From contig NC_000854.2 of assembly GCF_000011125.1 (NCBI RefSeq), forward strand, positions 990,001 to 1,022,000: DNA of 32,000 nt. The letters run 5' to 3'. This document shows, piece after piece, positions 1 to 8,730 of the stretch. Below the pieces are notes generated by a model that saw only the letters and a program-made list of their open reading frames with translations, was not told where the DNA came from and ran no database searches. The DNA comes from Aeropyrum pernix K1 (GTDB lineage Archaea > Thermoproteota > Thermoprotei_A > Sulfolobales > Acidilobaceae). The translations under genes were made by a program, and so were the position numbers. The stretch's first letter is position 1. Each line of letters begins with the position of its first letter.

Positions 1-496
1 AGGAGCCCTCGGCCCCCAGGTCCTCTAGGATCTTCTGGAGAGCCCCCCCGTAGAGCCTCCTCAGCCTCCTCGTAGTGTAGGGGCATATTAAGCCGCCCCG
101 TGTAGCCGCGTAGACCATGCCGCCGAGCGTGAAGACCCTCACGTTGTAGCCGTTCATCTTCTCCTCAACAAGCACAGTCGGCCCAGGGAACCATCTCGGC
201 ACGGCCACCCTCGGCAGCAGCATCCTCTTTATCGACGGGTAGCCCCAGACCACAATCTGCTCCCCCCGCCTGAAGGCCACGAGGGTCCCCTCAGGCACGC
301 CGCGGAACTGCCTCCTGAACCCTACGTAGACTACGTCCTCGAACCTCGAGACCCTAACGCTCCTCCTCGTGGAGAGGGCTTCAAGATCGACGCTACCCGG
401 ATCCACACCAACGGCCCTCAGGGCACTGGCGAGGACCTCAGCCGCGCTGGCCAAAGCAGGAGCACCCGGTGATAAGTCTTGTAGTAGGCCGGGCAA
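1..496 (-). CDS. ATP-dependent RNA ligase, archaeal Rnl3/Pab1020-like, partial (C-terminus beyond the window edge)
   Basis: Manual translation of the minus strand gives ...GPTVLVEEKMNGYNVRVFTLGGMVYAATRGGLICPYTTRRLRRLYGG..., containing an EEKMNGYNVRV nucleotidyltransferase motif I (KxxG type). Start uncertain; a TTG at 496 is one candidate. Confidence 0.75.
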   Translation of the reverse strand, partial: MPGLLQDLSPGAPALASAAEVLASALRAVGVDPGSVDLEALSTRRSVRVSRFEDVVYVGFRRQFRGVPEGTLVAFRRGEQIVVWGYPSIKRMLLPRVAVPRWFPGPTVLVEEKMNGYNVRVFTLGGMVYAATRGGLICPYTTRRLRRLYGGALQKILEDLGAEGS

Positions 497-525
497 AACT
501 GTGTATCCAAGACTGGGGGTATGAG

Positions 526-858
526 CTAGAATACCAGGGGGGTGTACCCTTTGCCTAGGAGCTCCGCTATCTTAGCCCCCACGTACTCGACCCTCACCTT
601 ATCCTTCAGCGCCTCCTCGAAGCCACCCTGCTCGGCGACCCTCTTGCACGCCAGGGGGGTTCCCTTGACCTGGGAGTAGGCCGCTATAGCCTCCAGGAGC
701 CTCTGGTTGCCCCTAGCTATCTCAGCCTCGATAGGCCCGAAGAATATTAGCTCCACATCCTCGGCCCAGCCCCTCTTCAAAGCGTTGGTAGCCCAGAGCA
801 TGCCCGTCAAAGCCTTGTCAACATCGCTGCTCGATATGATAACCAGGGCTTTCACCAA
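526..858 (-). CDS. DsrE/DsrF-like small protein
   Basis: 110 aa; MVKALVIISSSDVDKALTGMLWATNALKRGWAEDVELIFFGPIEAEIA resembles the DsrE fold. Confidence 0.7.
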   Translation of the reverse strand: MVKALVIISSSDVDKALTGMLWATNALKRGWAEDVELIFFGPIEAEIARGNQRLLEAIAAYSQVKGTPLACKRVAEQGGFEEALKDKVRVEYVGAKIAELLGKGYTPLVF

Positions 859-987
859 AGCCTGCCACCATTAGAATATACTGTCTGCATAAATTATTTA
901 TGCCGATATGGCGAGCGGGCTAGAGTCCCCTCAGGCCTTGCTTAACAAGCCTCCCCGGCCCCTGCTCCGGCCTAATGACCAGGCAGG

Positions 988-1461
988 CTAGCCTCCAACC
1001 CTGAAGCCAGCTTCGACCAGTATTCGCTCCCCACTATAGACGTCTTCAAGAATTTTCACGATCTTATACTCCCCGGGATAGAAGTCAAAAGATTCTGGTT
1101 TAAAAACTGCTACAACCTTAGTCTCCCCATGCTTTATAACGTCATTAGCGACGGGGAAAACAGGGTTAAACTCGGGATCCGCCACCCATGCCCCGCCGTC
1201 CCACGTGTACAAGGTCCACCCGAAGCGGTACTCCAGCGTTCGACCGCTGTTATTCACAAGTTTGACTGTTACAGTGTCGCCTTCACCATAAACTTTCTTA
1301 TCCGGCTCCAGAAAAACAGACTCACCCCCCATATCCTCCGACGGGAGATTCATGCTTGTTAATGCGAGGTAGGTCGAGGGCACCGCTACAAGAATACCCA
1401 GGAGAAAACCGGCCAGAACAAATTTAAACATAACACCTGCACAACCGGGAACTGTACCCAC
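988..1461 (-). CDS. Predicted secreted/membrane-anchored beta-sandwich (Ig-like) protein
   Basis: N-terminal hydrophobic segment FKFVLAGFLLGILVAVPSTYLAL followed by a beta-rich domain (DTVTVKLVNNSGRTLEYRFGWTLYTW...). A minus-strand TATA-like TTATATTTAA lies about 26-33 nt upstream of the GTG start. Confidence 0.5.
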   Translation of the reverse strand: MGTVPGCAGVMFKFVLAGFLLGILVAVPSTYLALTSMNLPSEDMGGESVFLEPDKKVYGEGDTVTVKLVNNSGRTLEYRFGWTLYTWDGGAWVADPEFNPVFPVANDVIKHGETKVVAVFKPESFDFYPGEYKIVKILEDVYSGERILVEAGFRVGG

Positions 1462-1690
1462 TAGACCAGTGGGAGACCGTACAGTTAAATATAAGTATGT
1501 ACCCCAGCTGTTTATCCCGAATTTACAGGCAAGCCATCGACCATACAGGCCCTCCGCCGGGAGACCCCTCCGGGCCCTGGCAGGCTTATCCTGTTTCAGT
1601 AATGTATTCTGGCGTTTCGGGAGAAAGCGATGTGATTCCCAGGAGGTTTCTGAAGGCTGGTGGCTGGGTAGGCCGGTTTCGCTGTTCGGG

Positions 1691-2632
1691 TTAAAGCAAC
1701 CGTATCATATGGTGAAGCATATCCACTATAATGCCGGCACCTATGATTATAGGCACGGCTAGGTTCAGGTTGAAGCTCTCCTTAACCCTTCCAAGCCAAG
1801 CCATAGCCTGCACAAGTATTATCACTAAGGCTGTTAGGGCTGTAGAGACCGTGGCTATAGCTCCGAGGCCGTAGGCTTCTACTCCTGCTATGAATAGGGC
1901 GACGGCTGCAGCGTGCATGGCCAGTGAAGCCGCTAGAGCCCCCTTTGGCCCCAGCAGGGCTGGTATACTTCCTAAGCCATGACTCCTGTCGAAGTCTATA
2001 TCCATGATGCTGTATATTGTGTCGAAGCCAGCTACCCATAGGGAGACTGCCGCGACGTATAGCCAGGGCACGCTCCTGAGGACCTCACCTAGGCTGGATG
2101 CCTCGTCGCCCGAGGCCGCGACGGCCCCGCCGAAGACCACTGAGCCGAGTACTATGCCGAGGTGCAGGTGGGGGAGGGGGTGGAGACGTTTGGCGTGGGG
2201 GTAGGTGAGTGCTATGGCCAGGACTAGGGGTGATAGTAGGAGGGCGTAGGTGTTTAGGAGGGCGGCGGAGGCGAAGTAGATGGCGGAGCCTGCTGCAACG
2301 AGGGCCCATGCCTCTCTCAGGCTCACCGCCCCCACGACGAGAGGCCTTTTCGCGGTCCGCGGGTTCAGCCGGTCTATATCAAGGTCGGCTATGTTGTTGT
2401 AGGCCATCCCGGCCATCCTCAACCCCACCACCGCTGCTGCCATGAGTATAGCGTCTGCTAGTGTGAAGGGGTATCTCGATAGTAGAGCGCCTACATAGGC
2501 GAAGGGGAGGCTGAATATAGTGTGCTCTATCCTCACTAGCCTCATATAAGCGTGTAGCCTCCCCCGCCTCCTGAGCGCGCCCGCGTCCCATGATAGGCTA
2601 GTCGAGCCCGTACTCCCCCCACCTACCTTCAA
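1691..2632 (-). CDS. ubiA: UbiA-family prenyltransferase
   Basis: MRLVRIEHTIFSLPFAYVGALL, NNIADLDIDRLNPRTAKRPLVVG (NxxxDxxxD) and DxxYSIMDxxFD (second Asp-rich motif), with multiple TM segments. The true start may be downstream of 2632. Confidence 0.92.
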   Translation of the reverse strand: MKVGGGSTGSTSLSWDAGALRRRGRLHAYMRLVRIEHTIFSLPFAYVGALLSRYPFTLADAILMAAAVVGLRMAGMAYNNIADLDIDRLNPRTAKRPLVVGAVSLREAWALVAAGSAIYFASAALLNTYALLLSPLVLAIALTYPHAKRLHPLPHLHLGIVLGSVVFGGAVAASGDEASSLGEVLRSVPWLYVAAVSLWVAGFDTIYSIMDIDFDRSHGLGSIPALLGPKGALAASLAMHAAAVALFIAGVEAYGLGAIATVSTALTALVIILVQAMAWLGRVKESFNLNLAVPIIIGAGIIVDMLHHMIRLL

Positions 2633-4076
2633 CCAGCCTCACCGTCTCCGGGTCTGGGGCCACCTCCTCAGGCCACTGTTTGCCGCCATACTCCTCCGGG
2701 AGCTTCCTCGTAGCGTCTATACCAAGCTTGCTGCCGTACATGGGCGTGGGTGTGGCGGGGTCTAGCTCGTCGGTGTGGCTGTGGGGCACAACGAGGACGT
2801 CCCTCTGGGGGTCAACGTGGCTTGACACGGCCCATATAACCTGGTTGACATCGTGGACGTTGATGTCATGGTCAACGACTACTATAATCTTCGTCAGGCT
2901 GAGCTGGCCGAGGCCCATTAGGGCGAGAAGCGCCTTCTTCCCGTGGCCTGGGTACCTCTTCCTTATGGAGACGAAGGCCATCCCCTGGAACACGCCGTGG
3001 GGGGGCAGGTCGATGTCCACCACCTCGGGTAGTAGGGTCTGTATAGCCGGGAGGAATATCCTCTCCGCGAACTTCCCTATCACCACGTCCTCGAGAGGGG
3101 GCTTCCCCGTCACGCTCCCATAGTATATCGGCTCTTCCCTGTGCCAGACCCTCTCGAGGCGGAAGGTGGGGAAGAGCCTGGAGGGCTTATCGTAGTAGCC
3201 GAAGTGGTCGCCGTAGGGCCCCTCCTCCCTGAGGTCCTCAAGGTCTATATACCCCTCTAGCACTATCTCGGCGTTGGCGGGAACGTGAATTCCATTAGGC
3301 AGCCTATACACTGGGAGCCCTTCACCCCTGACTACACCCGCGAAGAGGTGCTTGTCTATAGGGTAGGGGACGGGCATGGCGCCCGTTAGGAGGGTGCCCG
3401 GGTCTGAGCCTATCACCAGGGCTGCGGGGATCCTCCTCTCACCCTTCTCGACAGAGTCCTGCTGAGCCTGCATACCCCTCTTATGTATCTGCCAATGCAC
3501 AACACCCTCCTTATCACCGGCTATCATAACCCTGTAGACACCCATGTTCATTACGCCCCTGACCGGGTCTCTCACGTGGACGAGCGCGTAGGTTAGGTAG
3601 CGGCCCCCGTCCTTAGGCCACACCTTGAAAGCCGGGATCAAGTTGAAACTCGCCTCCCGGCCCTCGAGAACGTTAGCCGTAAACCCGGCTCTACCCACAG
3701 CCTTAGGCATATACTTCCCGAGGCTGAGGACCTCGCCAAGGCTCCTAAGCTTCCCCCCGATTCCCAGAGGCGGAGGGCCCTTCAGCGGTTCGAAAAGCCT
3801 CTCACCTATGACCTCTAGCCTCTCAACACCGAGGGCCTGCCTAACAACGTCGAGGCTGCAGAATATATTGCCTGCTATCCTGAAACCCTCATGACCCTTC
3901 ACTTTCTCGAAAAGAACAGCGTAGCCAGAGCCCCTATACATGATTCTCCTAAGAATCTCAGGAATCTCAAGTATAGGGCTAGCCTCGACACTAACCCTCC
4001 TTAGCATGTCCTTAGACTCGAGGAACTCGAGGTAGGACCTGAGGTCGGCTATGGGCTTCAAACCAGGGCCACCCAA
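2598..4076 (-). CDS. ubiD: UbiD-family decarboxylase
   Basis: 492 aa; LRSYLEFLESKDMLRRV, GDHFGYYDKP, TGKPPLEDVVIGKF and PVDP-type C-terminal sequences typical of UbiD. Overlaps the start of ubiA. Confidence 0.93.
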   Translation of the reverse strand: MGGPGLKPIADLRSYLEFLESKDMLRRVSVEASPILEIPEILRRIMYRGSGYAVLFEKVKGHEGFRIAGNIFCSLDVVRQALGVERLEVIGERLFEPLKGPPPLGIGGKLRSLGEVLSLGKYMPKAVGRAGFTANVLEGREASFNLIPAFKVWPKDGGRYLTYALVHVRDPVRGVMNMGVYRVMIAGDKEGVVHWQIHKRGMQAQQDSVEKGERRIPAALVIGSDPGTLLTGAMPVPYPIDKHLFAGVVRGEGLPVYRLPNGIHVPANAEIVLEGYIDLEDLREEGPYGDHFGYYDKPSRLFPTFRLERVWHREEPIYYGSVTGKPPLEDVVIGKFAERIFLPAIQTLLPEVVDIDLPPHGVFQGMAFVSIRKRYPGHGKKALLALMGLGQLSLTKIIVVVDHDINVHDVNQVIWAVSSHVDPQRDVLVVPHSHTDELDPATPTPMYGSKLGIDATRKLPEEYGGKQWPEEVAPDPETVRLVEGRWGEYGLD

Positions 4077-4235
4077 CTCACCGGGGTTGGTAACTGGAGG
4101 TATAAACGGGGGGTATAAGCCCCTCTAGGAGGGGATAGTCTCGCCTAGCCATGGAATATCCGCACACCCCCTACCCTGGGGTAACACTATCCATCACGGC
4201 TCTAACAAGCCGGCAATCCAAAGTATTGGTTCGGG

Positions 4236-4463
4236 GTGCCCGGTTTGCCTAGAGCTGGAGATGGTGAGGTCGTGATAACGTATAGTCGCCACAGCAGGAG
4301 GAGGGCTGAAGCCCTCGCCTGGTTCTTCGAGAGGCTCGGACTCAGGGTCGTCCTCAGGGAGGATGGTGGGGAGGGAGTTAGTGTTAAGTATGCGGGGGTC
4401 TGGTGGGGGGATCCCGACGAGGCCATCCGCCACATAGTGTCGAGGCTATACAGCTCTGGCTAG
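4236..4463 (+). CDS. Hypothetical protein (75 aa)
   Basis: GTG-start ORF, VVITYSRHSRRRAEALAWFFERLGLRVVLRE..., convergent with and abutting the next CDS. Confidence 0.45.
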   Translation: MPGLPRAGDGEVVITYSRHSRRRAEALAWFFERLGLRVVLREDGGEGVSVKYAGVWWGDPDEAIRHIVSRLYSSG

Positions 4464-4464
4464 C

Positions 4465-6087
4465 CTATATGACTAGCCTGAAGCTGCCTGGCCCCTTGTA
4501 AACCTCAGCAGCCCTCTCGAGGTCCTGGGTGGAGGTTAGGGGTTTTGCCACGAAAATCCTTGCCGAGGCTGGTATATAGTTGAAGGGGGGGTTCATCCTC
4601 TTCCTGGCACAAATACCTATAATTTCTGATACGGCGGCGAGGTCCTGGGGCGCCTCCAGTTTCGACTCCGGCTTGCAGGCCGGGCCTGGGCCTAGGGCGT
4701 TGAGGAAGGCTTCGGGCTCCACGCCTACATCGCCCGCCGCTGCCGAGAGGCTTATGGGGAGTATGTAGACGTAAACCGGCTTCGCCAGTGCCTGCGCCCT
4801 CGCAACCTCGTTGTACACTCCCTGGCTCTCAACACTCCAAACTCTAAGCCTATAGCCCCCGCCCACCGCCTCCTCAGTAGCGTAGAGCGTGGGCATCAAC
4901 ACTATCAGGTATTTAGACTGCTCAACATACTTGTAGTCCCTTATCTCGATATGGCTATCAACAACCTCCTCAACCCTCCGAGCAAGGGGCGTATAGCCCG
5001 CCCACAACCTCCCGCTCCGGCACACGTCATTAAGGAGCTCAACCTCCTCCGAGCCAGCAAGCTTTCCTATCGCAGGGATAAGGTTAAGGGAGCCCCTCAG
5101 ATGCTTGTACCTGCCCGCCTCAGCTTTGGGCGAGTCCGGAGGTGTGGGCCACCTGTTGCTGCTGTCAACGTGTATGAAGGAGTAGACCGGCCTCCCCTCT
5201 AGGGAGGCCTCGCCGCCGCAGAGGGCTTTGTAGACGTGCTTGTCAAGGTCCAAAATCTTCTCGTCAATCGTTGTGGGGTCAAAGAGTATGGTGTTGGGGC
5301 GGCTCTCCATGTAGGCCCTCTTAAACCCCTCCATAGCCTTAACCAGAGGTAGGTCCGAGAGAGGCTTCCCAACCCCCATCTCCTTCAGCCTGAGGTAGAG
5401 GCCCCTTACCCTGGTTATAGGGTGGGAGACGTACACCATCTCATAATCCCCCAGGCCTACCAGGCTTCTCAGGAGTCTGGCCGTGGTCTCCCGGGGGTGC
5501 TTCACGGCATATATCATGCTCTTCACGTTTGGGAAGAGGTCCCTAAGCATCTCAGCCACACTCATATCGATACCACGCCAGTAGAGTAGGGTGAGGGGGT
5601 TGAAACTGTACGGTGGGTACTGCGGTGCACACCCACCTCTATGTAGCCTCTCGGCAATAGCGTCTAGAAGGTCGTACCAGTCCTCCGAAACGTGGACGAC
5701 GACAACCTCCCTCGCAAGCCCAACAACGCCGCCGAGAACAGGGTTTGGAGTGGGCACATCACGGCTTAGATAGGAGAGGTGCAGGCTCAGAATCGCTACC
5801 CTACAACCAGCCTCCACTATTCTCTCCCTTAGATTATCCAGTGCACGCATAAACGCCCCTCTGGCACTAGGCCTGGAAACCTGCAGCAGCTTAACCAGCT
5901 GGCTGATATCACCGCAAGGGCCCAGAGATAGATCGCCAACAAGATCCTCGAACTTGAACATACACCTACCACAGCCTAAAGCCCTGTAAACGTTGCCATC
6001 TCCCAAAGCTGTGGCAACTATAGAGGAGATCTCAGTACCAGTGACACCTGAGAGAATTATGAGCCTCTCCAACACGGGCTCGTCCAA
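4465..6087 (-). CDS. Conserved-looking 540-aa protein, possible degenerate P-loop/nucleotide-binding protein
   Basis: Long ORF with normal composition; N-terminal IILSGVTGTEISSIVATAL, internal YEMVYVSHPITRVRGLYLRL...NTILFDPTTIDEKILD, and C-terminal SKYLIVLMPTL...VYNEVARAQALAKPVYVYILP. Confidence 0.75.
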   Translation of the reverse strand: MDEPVLERLIILSGVTGTEISSIVATALGDGNVYRALGCGRCMFKFEDLVGDLSLGPCGDISQLVKLLQVSRPSARGAFMRALDNLRERIVEAGCRVAILSLHLSYLSRDVPTPNPVLGGVVGLAREVVVVHVSEDWYDLLDAIAERLHRGGCAPQYPPYSFNPLTLLYWRGIDMSVAEMLRDLFPNVKSMIYAVKHPRETTARLLRSLVGLGDYEMVYVSHPITRVRGLYLRLKEMGVGKPLSDLPLVKAMEGFKRAYMESRPNTILFDPTTIDEKILDLDKHVYKALCGGEASLEGRPVYSFIHVDSSNRWPTPPDSPKAEAGRYKHLRGSLNLIPAIGKLAGSEEVELLNDVCRSGRLWAGYTPLARRVEEVVDSHIEIRDYKYVEQSKYLIVLMPTLYATEEAVGGGYRLRVWSVESQGVYNEVARAQALAKPVYVYILPISLSAAAGDVGVEPEAFLNALGPGPACKPESKLEAPQDLAAVSEIIGICARKRMNPPFNYIPASARIFVAKPLTSTQDLERAAEVYKGPGSFRLVI

Positions 6088-6198
6088 CGCTGGAAGCCCG
6101 AGATATTTAAATCTTGATAACTAGCCTAATTTTTAGAACCCGTCATTAGAGTGGGAGCTACGCAGGATTCGATCTTAAATGAAAAATTATAATAACTC

Positions 6199-6798
6199 TT
6201 GGGCTTTCAGTGCACCTTCACGGTGTTTATTTTGGCGGTGAGATGCCTAGCTGTTTTTCTGCTGGGCCTTATGATGGGCGTAGTGGCAGCCTTTATAGTT
6301 CCTCTAGTCGTGGATGTGCTACCTGGGTATTCAATAGAGGGTTTCTTAGAAAGTTTGCAGGAAAACAATAGTGTTGACGGCCTGCCGTGGCTCTTCCCCG
6401 GGGCCTACGCTAGCTACAAAGCATATGGTCGGAGCGTGTTCGACCAAACAGAATTCATCATGACTATAAGAGTTGAAGAGGTTGAAGGGGATTTCGCCGT
6501 CCTATCAATATCCTCAGAGTCTTTTACATGGACATTCCCTGTAGACCTCTCAAGAAAAGAAGCCGTCATCGAGTCTATGGCTACGGGTCTTCTAGGAGAA
6601 GCGCCAGAAACGTACAGCACCGACACATACAACACAGTATTCGGGCCCCGAAGTGTGATAGTGGCTTCAGCAGGAGACAAGGTTGTATTTATAGACAGTA
6701 AGGCACTCTGGCCCCTAGCATATGCCGAATCCAACCCTGACATGCAAGCTATGCTAATAGCTGAGATAACCAACGATACAAACATAGACATTAGTTAA
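6199..6798 (+). CDS. Hypothetical protein with an N-terminal transmembrane segment
   Basis: CLAVFLLGLMMGVVAAFIVPLVVDVLPG hydrophobic segment and a soluble domain. AT-rich TATA-like sequence just upstream; the start may be downstream (GTG at 6223). Confidence 0.6.
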   Translation: MGFQCTFTVFILAVRCLAVFLLGLMMGVVAAFIVPLVVDVLPGYSIEGFLESLQENNSVDGLPWLFPGAYASYKAYGRSVFDQTEFIMTIRVEEVEGDFAVLSISSESFTWTFPVDLSRKEAVIESMATGLLGEAPETYSTDTYNTVFGPRSVIVASAGDKVVFIDSKALWPLAYAESNPDMQAMLIAEITNDTNIDIS

Positions 6799-7161
6799 CG
6801 CCCTGCATGCATGAGAACCGCCAGACTTTCCACAAAATCAAAATATCTTAGTCTATATGGGGTCTATAGAACGTTCGCTATCACAACTCCCACAGGAGAA
6901 GTAATGCTAGCACACTAGCATCGCCACAAAACTTCTTGAGGGAAGTTTTGATACATGGCTACACTGTATTTAGATTACTACATTAAAATGCTAATGCTCA
7001 GAGGGAAAATGCCTCATCGAGAGCCCTAGACTCTTCCCCAGCTCAAGTAGTCCTCAACTAGCTAAATACTACACTTTCTACACGGCTGCGTAGAGCCAGG
7101 AGCGTTCAACAATTCTATAGCTAGAATTAGTTAAAATTAGAAAGAGCTCCAGGATGGGATT

Positions 7162-7237
7162 TGGAGCCGCCGCCGGGATTCGAACCCGGGGCCTCCGCCT
7201 TACCAGGGCGGCGCTCTGCCAGCTGAGCTACGGCGGC
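7162..7237 (-). tRNA. tRNA-Thr (anticodon GGT), CCA encoded
   Basis: Minus strand: GCCGCCG-TA-GCTCAGCTGGCAGAGC-G-CCGCC-CTGGTAA-GGCGG-AGGCC-CCGGG-TTCGAAT-CCCGG-CGGCGGC-T-CCA. All stems are perfect. Confidence 0.97.
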
Positions 7238-7281
7238 CCCTCCGTTATAGTCTGGTGTGGGGCTTCCGAGGGTTTAATTGG

Positions 7282-7563
7282 TTAGCCTGGGTTTTTCAGT
7301 CTTATCTCAACCTTGTAGCCGCTTCTCTCGACGTCCCAGCCGAGGACCTCGGCCTCCGCCTCTAGCCCCGCCTCTTTGAACGCGTTCTCTATCTCCTCCT
7401 TTAGGCTGAAGTCCAGGCTGCAGGCGCAGTTCTGCTTTACCAGGGCTTTTATGGTGCCGTCTCTTATCGAGTCTATCACCAGCTCCATATCGCCCATTAG
7501 CCAGTTGTTGAAAGTCTCCACCGCCGTTTTGACGGCCTTCATGACCTCGGCGAGGCCAGTCAA
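7282..7563 (-). CDS. Hypothetical protein (93 aa)
   Basis: MTGLAEVMKAVKTAVETFNNWLMGDMELVIDSIRDGTIKALVKQNCACSLDFSLKEE...; single-stranded coding-like composition. Confidence 0.55.
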   Translation of the reverse strand: MTGLAEVMKAVKTAVETFNNWLMGDMELVIDSIRDGTIKALVKQNCACSLDFSLKEEIENAFKEAGLEAEAEVLGWDVERSGYKVEIRLKNPG

Positions 7564-7594
7564 CCCGGCTCACCCCCCGGGTCTTGTGGGGTGT

Positions 7595-8728
7595 TCAGCT
7601 CCATGGTATGTATCTCCAGCAGGACACTCTTCTGTCTTCCTCCCCCTCAGTGGGCCTCTTTAGCGGGGGCTCTTTGACCGGGCACATCTCCCGGAGCCTG
7701 TCCATGTCCTGCTCGTACTCTACGCAGCGGGGGTGGAACCTGCAGCCCGGGGGTATGGCCGCTGCGCTGGGGATCTCGCCCTTTATGGGGACTTCCCTGA
7801 GCTTCTTCCTGTTGGAGGGGTCTGGCTCGGGTATGGCTGCGACTAGGGCTTTTGTGTAGGGGTGTATGGGCCTCTCTATTATCCTCCTTGCATCGCCCGT
7901 CTCAACGATCTTGCCCAGGTACATTACCGCTATCCTGTCGCATATGTACCTTGCCACCGCCAGGTCGTGGGTTATGAACAGGAGGCTAGTACCCAGCTTC
8001 TCTCTGAAGCCGAGCAGCAGCTCGAGTATCTCGGCGCGTATCGAGACGTCGAGCATCGAGACTGGCTCGTCTGCTACAACGAGGCTGGGGTTCAGTATGA
8101 AAGCCCTGGCTATGGCTACCCTCTGCCTCTGCCCCCCGCTGAGCTGGTGGGGATAACGGTCCATGAAGTCGCTGGCTGGGGTGAGCTTGACCGCCTCGAG
8201 CATCCTTGCAACCATCTCCTCCCTCTCCCTGGCGTTGCCTATGCTGTGGATCAGCAGGGGGTCCTCGAGTATCCTCTTTATGGTGAACCTGGGGTTGAGG
8301 CTCCCGTAGGGGTCCTGGTACACTATCTGCAGCTCCCTCCTCAGGGGCTTGAACTTCCTCCTCGGCACTGCCAGCAGGTCCACGAAGCCGTCTCCCAGGC
8401 TCTTGACACCCCTCCTCTCAAGCTCCTCGAGGACCTCCTTCTTCGGCTTGAAGAAGACCCTCCCCCCAGTAGCCTTCACCAGCCTGAGTATGGCCTTCCC
8501 CGTCGTCGTCTTACCGCACCCGCTCTCTCCGACGAGGCAGAACACCTCGCCCCTGGCTATGCTGAAGGACACGCCGTCAACGGCCTTCACGAACCTCTGG
8601 GGCTTCATCGTTATGAGCTCGGTGATGCTCCTCCTCAGGGGGAACCACACCCTGAGGTCCTCAACCCTCAGGACCTCGCCACCCAGAGCCCCGGGGCTCT
8701 GGGCCGCCTCTGCCTGCACCCTAGACAC
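7595..8728 (-). CDS. Oligopeptide/dipeptide ABC transporter ATP-binding protein (DppF/OppF type)
   Basis: Walker A GESGCGKTT, signature LSGGQRQRVAIARA, Walker B LVVADEPVSMLD, and the C-terminal Opp cysteine region PGCRFHPRC. Confidence 0.95.
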   Translation of the reverse strand: MSRVQAEAAQSPGALGGEVLRVEDLRVWFPLRRSITELITMKPQRFVKAVDGVSFSIARGEVFCLVGESGCGKTTTGKAILRLVKATGGRVFFKPKKEVLEELERRGVKSLGDGFVDLLAVPRRKFKPLRRELQIVYQDPYGSLNPRFTIKRILEDPLLIHSIGNAREREEMVARMLEAVKLTPASDFMDRYPHQLSGGQRQRVAIARAFILNPSLVVADEPVSMLDVSIRAEILELLLGFREKLGTSLLFITHDLAVARYICDRIAVMYLGKIVETGDARRIIERPIHPYTKALVAAIPEPDPSNRKKLREVPIKGEIPSAAAIPPGCRFHPRCVEYEQDMDRLREMCPVKEPPLKRPTEGEEDRRVSCWRYIPWS

Positions 8729-8730
8729 GC

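Noticed and set aside
1457-1473. CCCACT-agacc-AGTGGG hairpin near the start of the 988-1461 gene
   Set aside because: Only a 6-bp stem at the GTG start; compatible with chance in this GC-rich genome.
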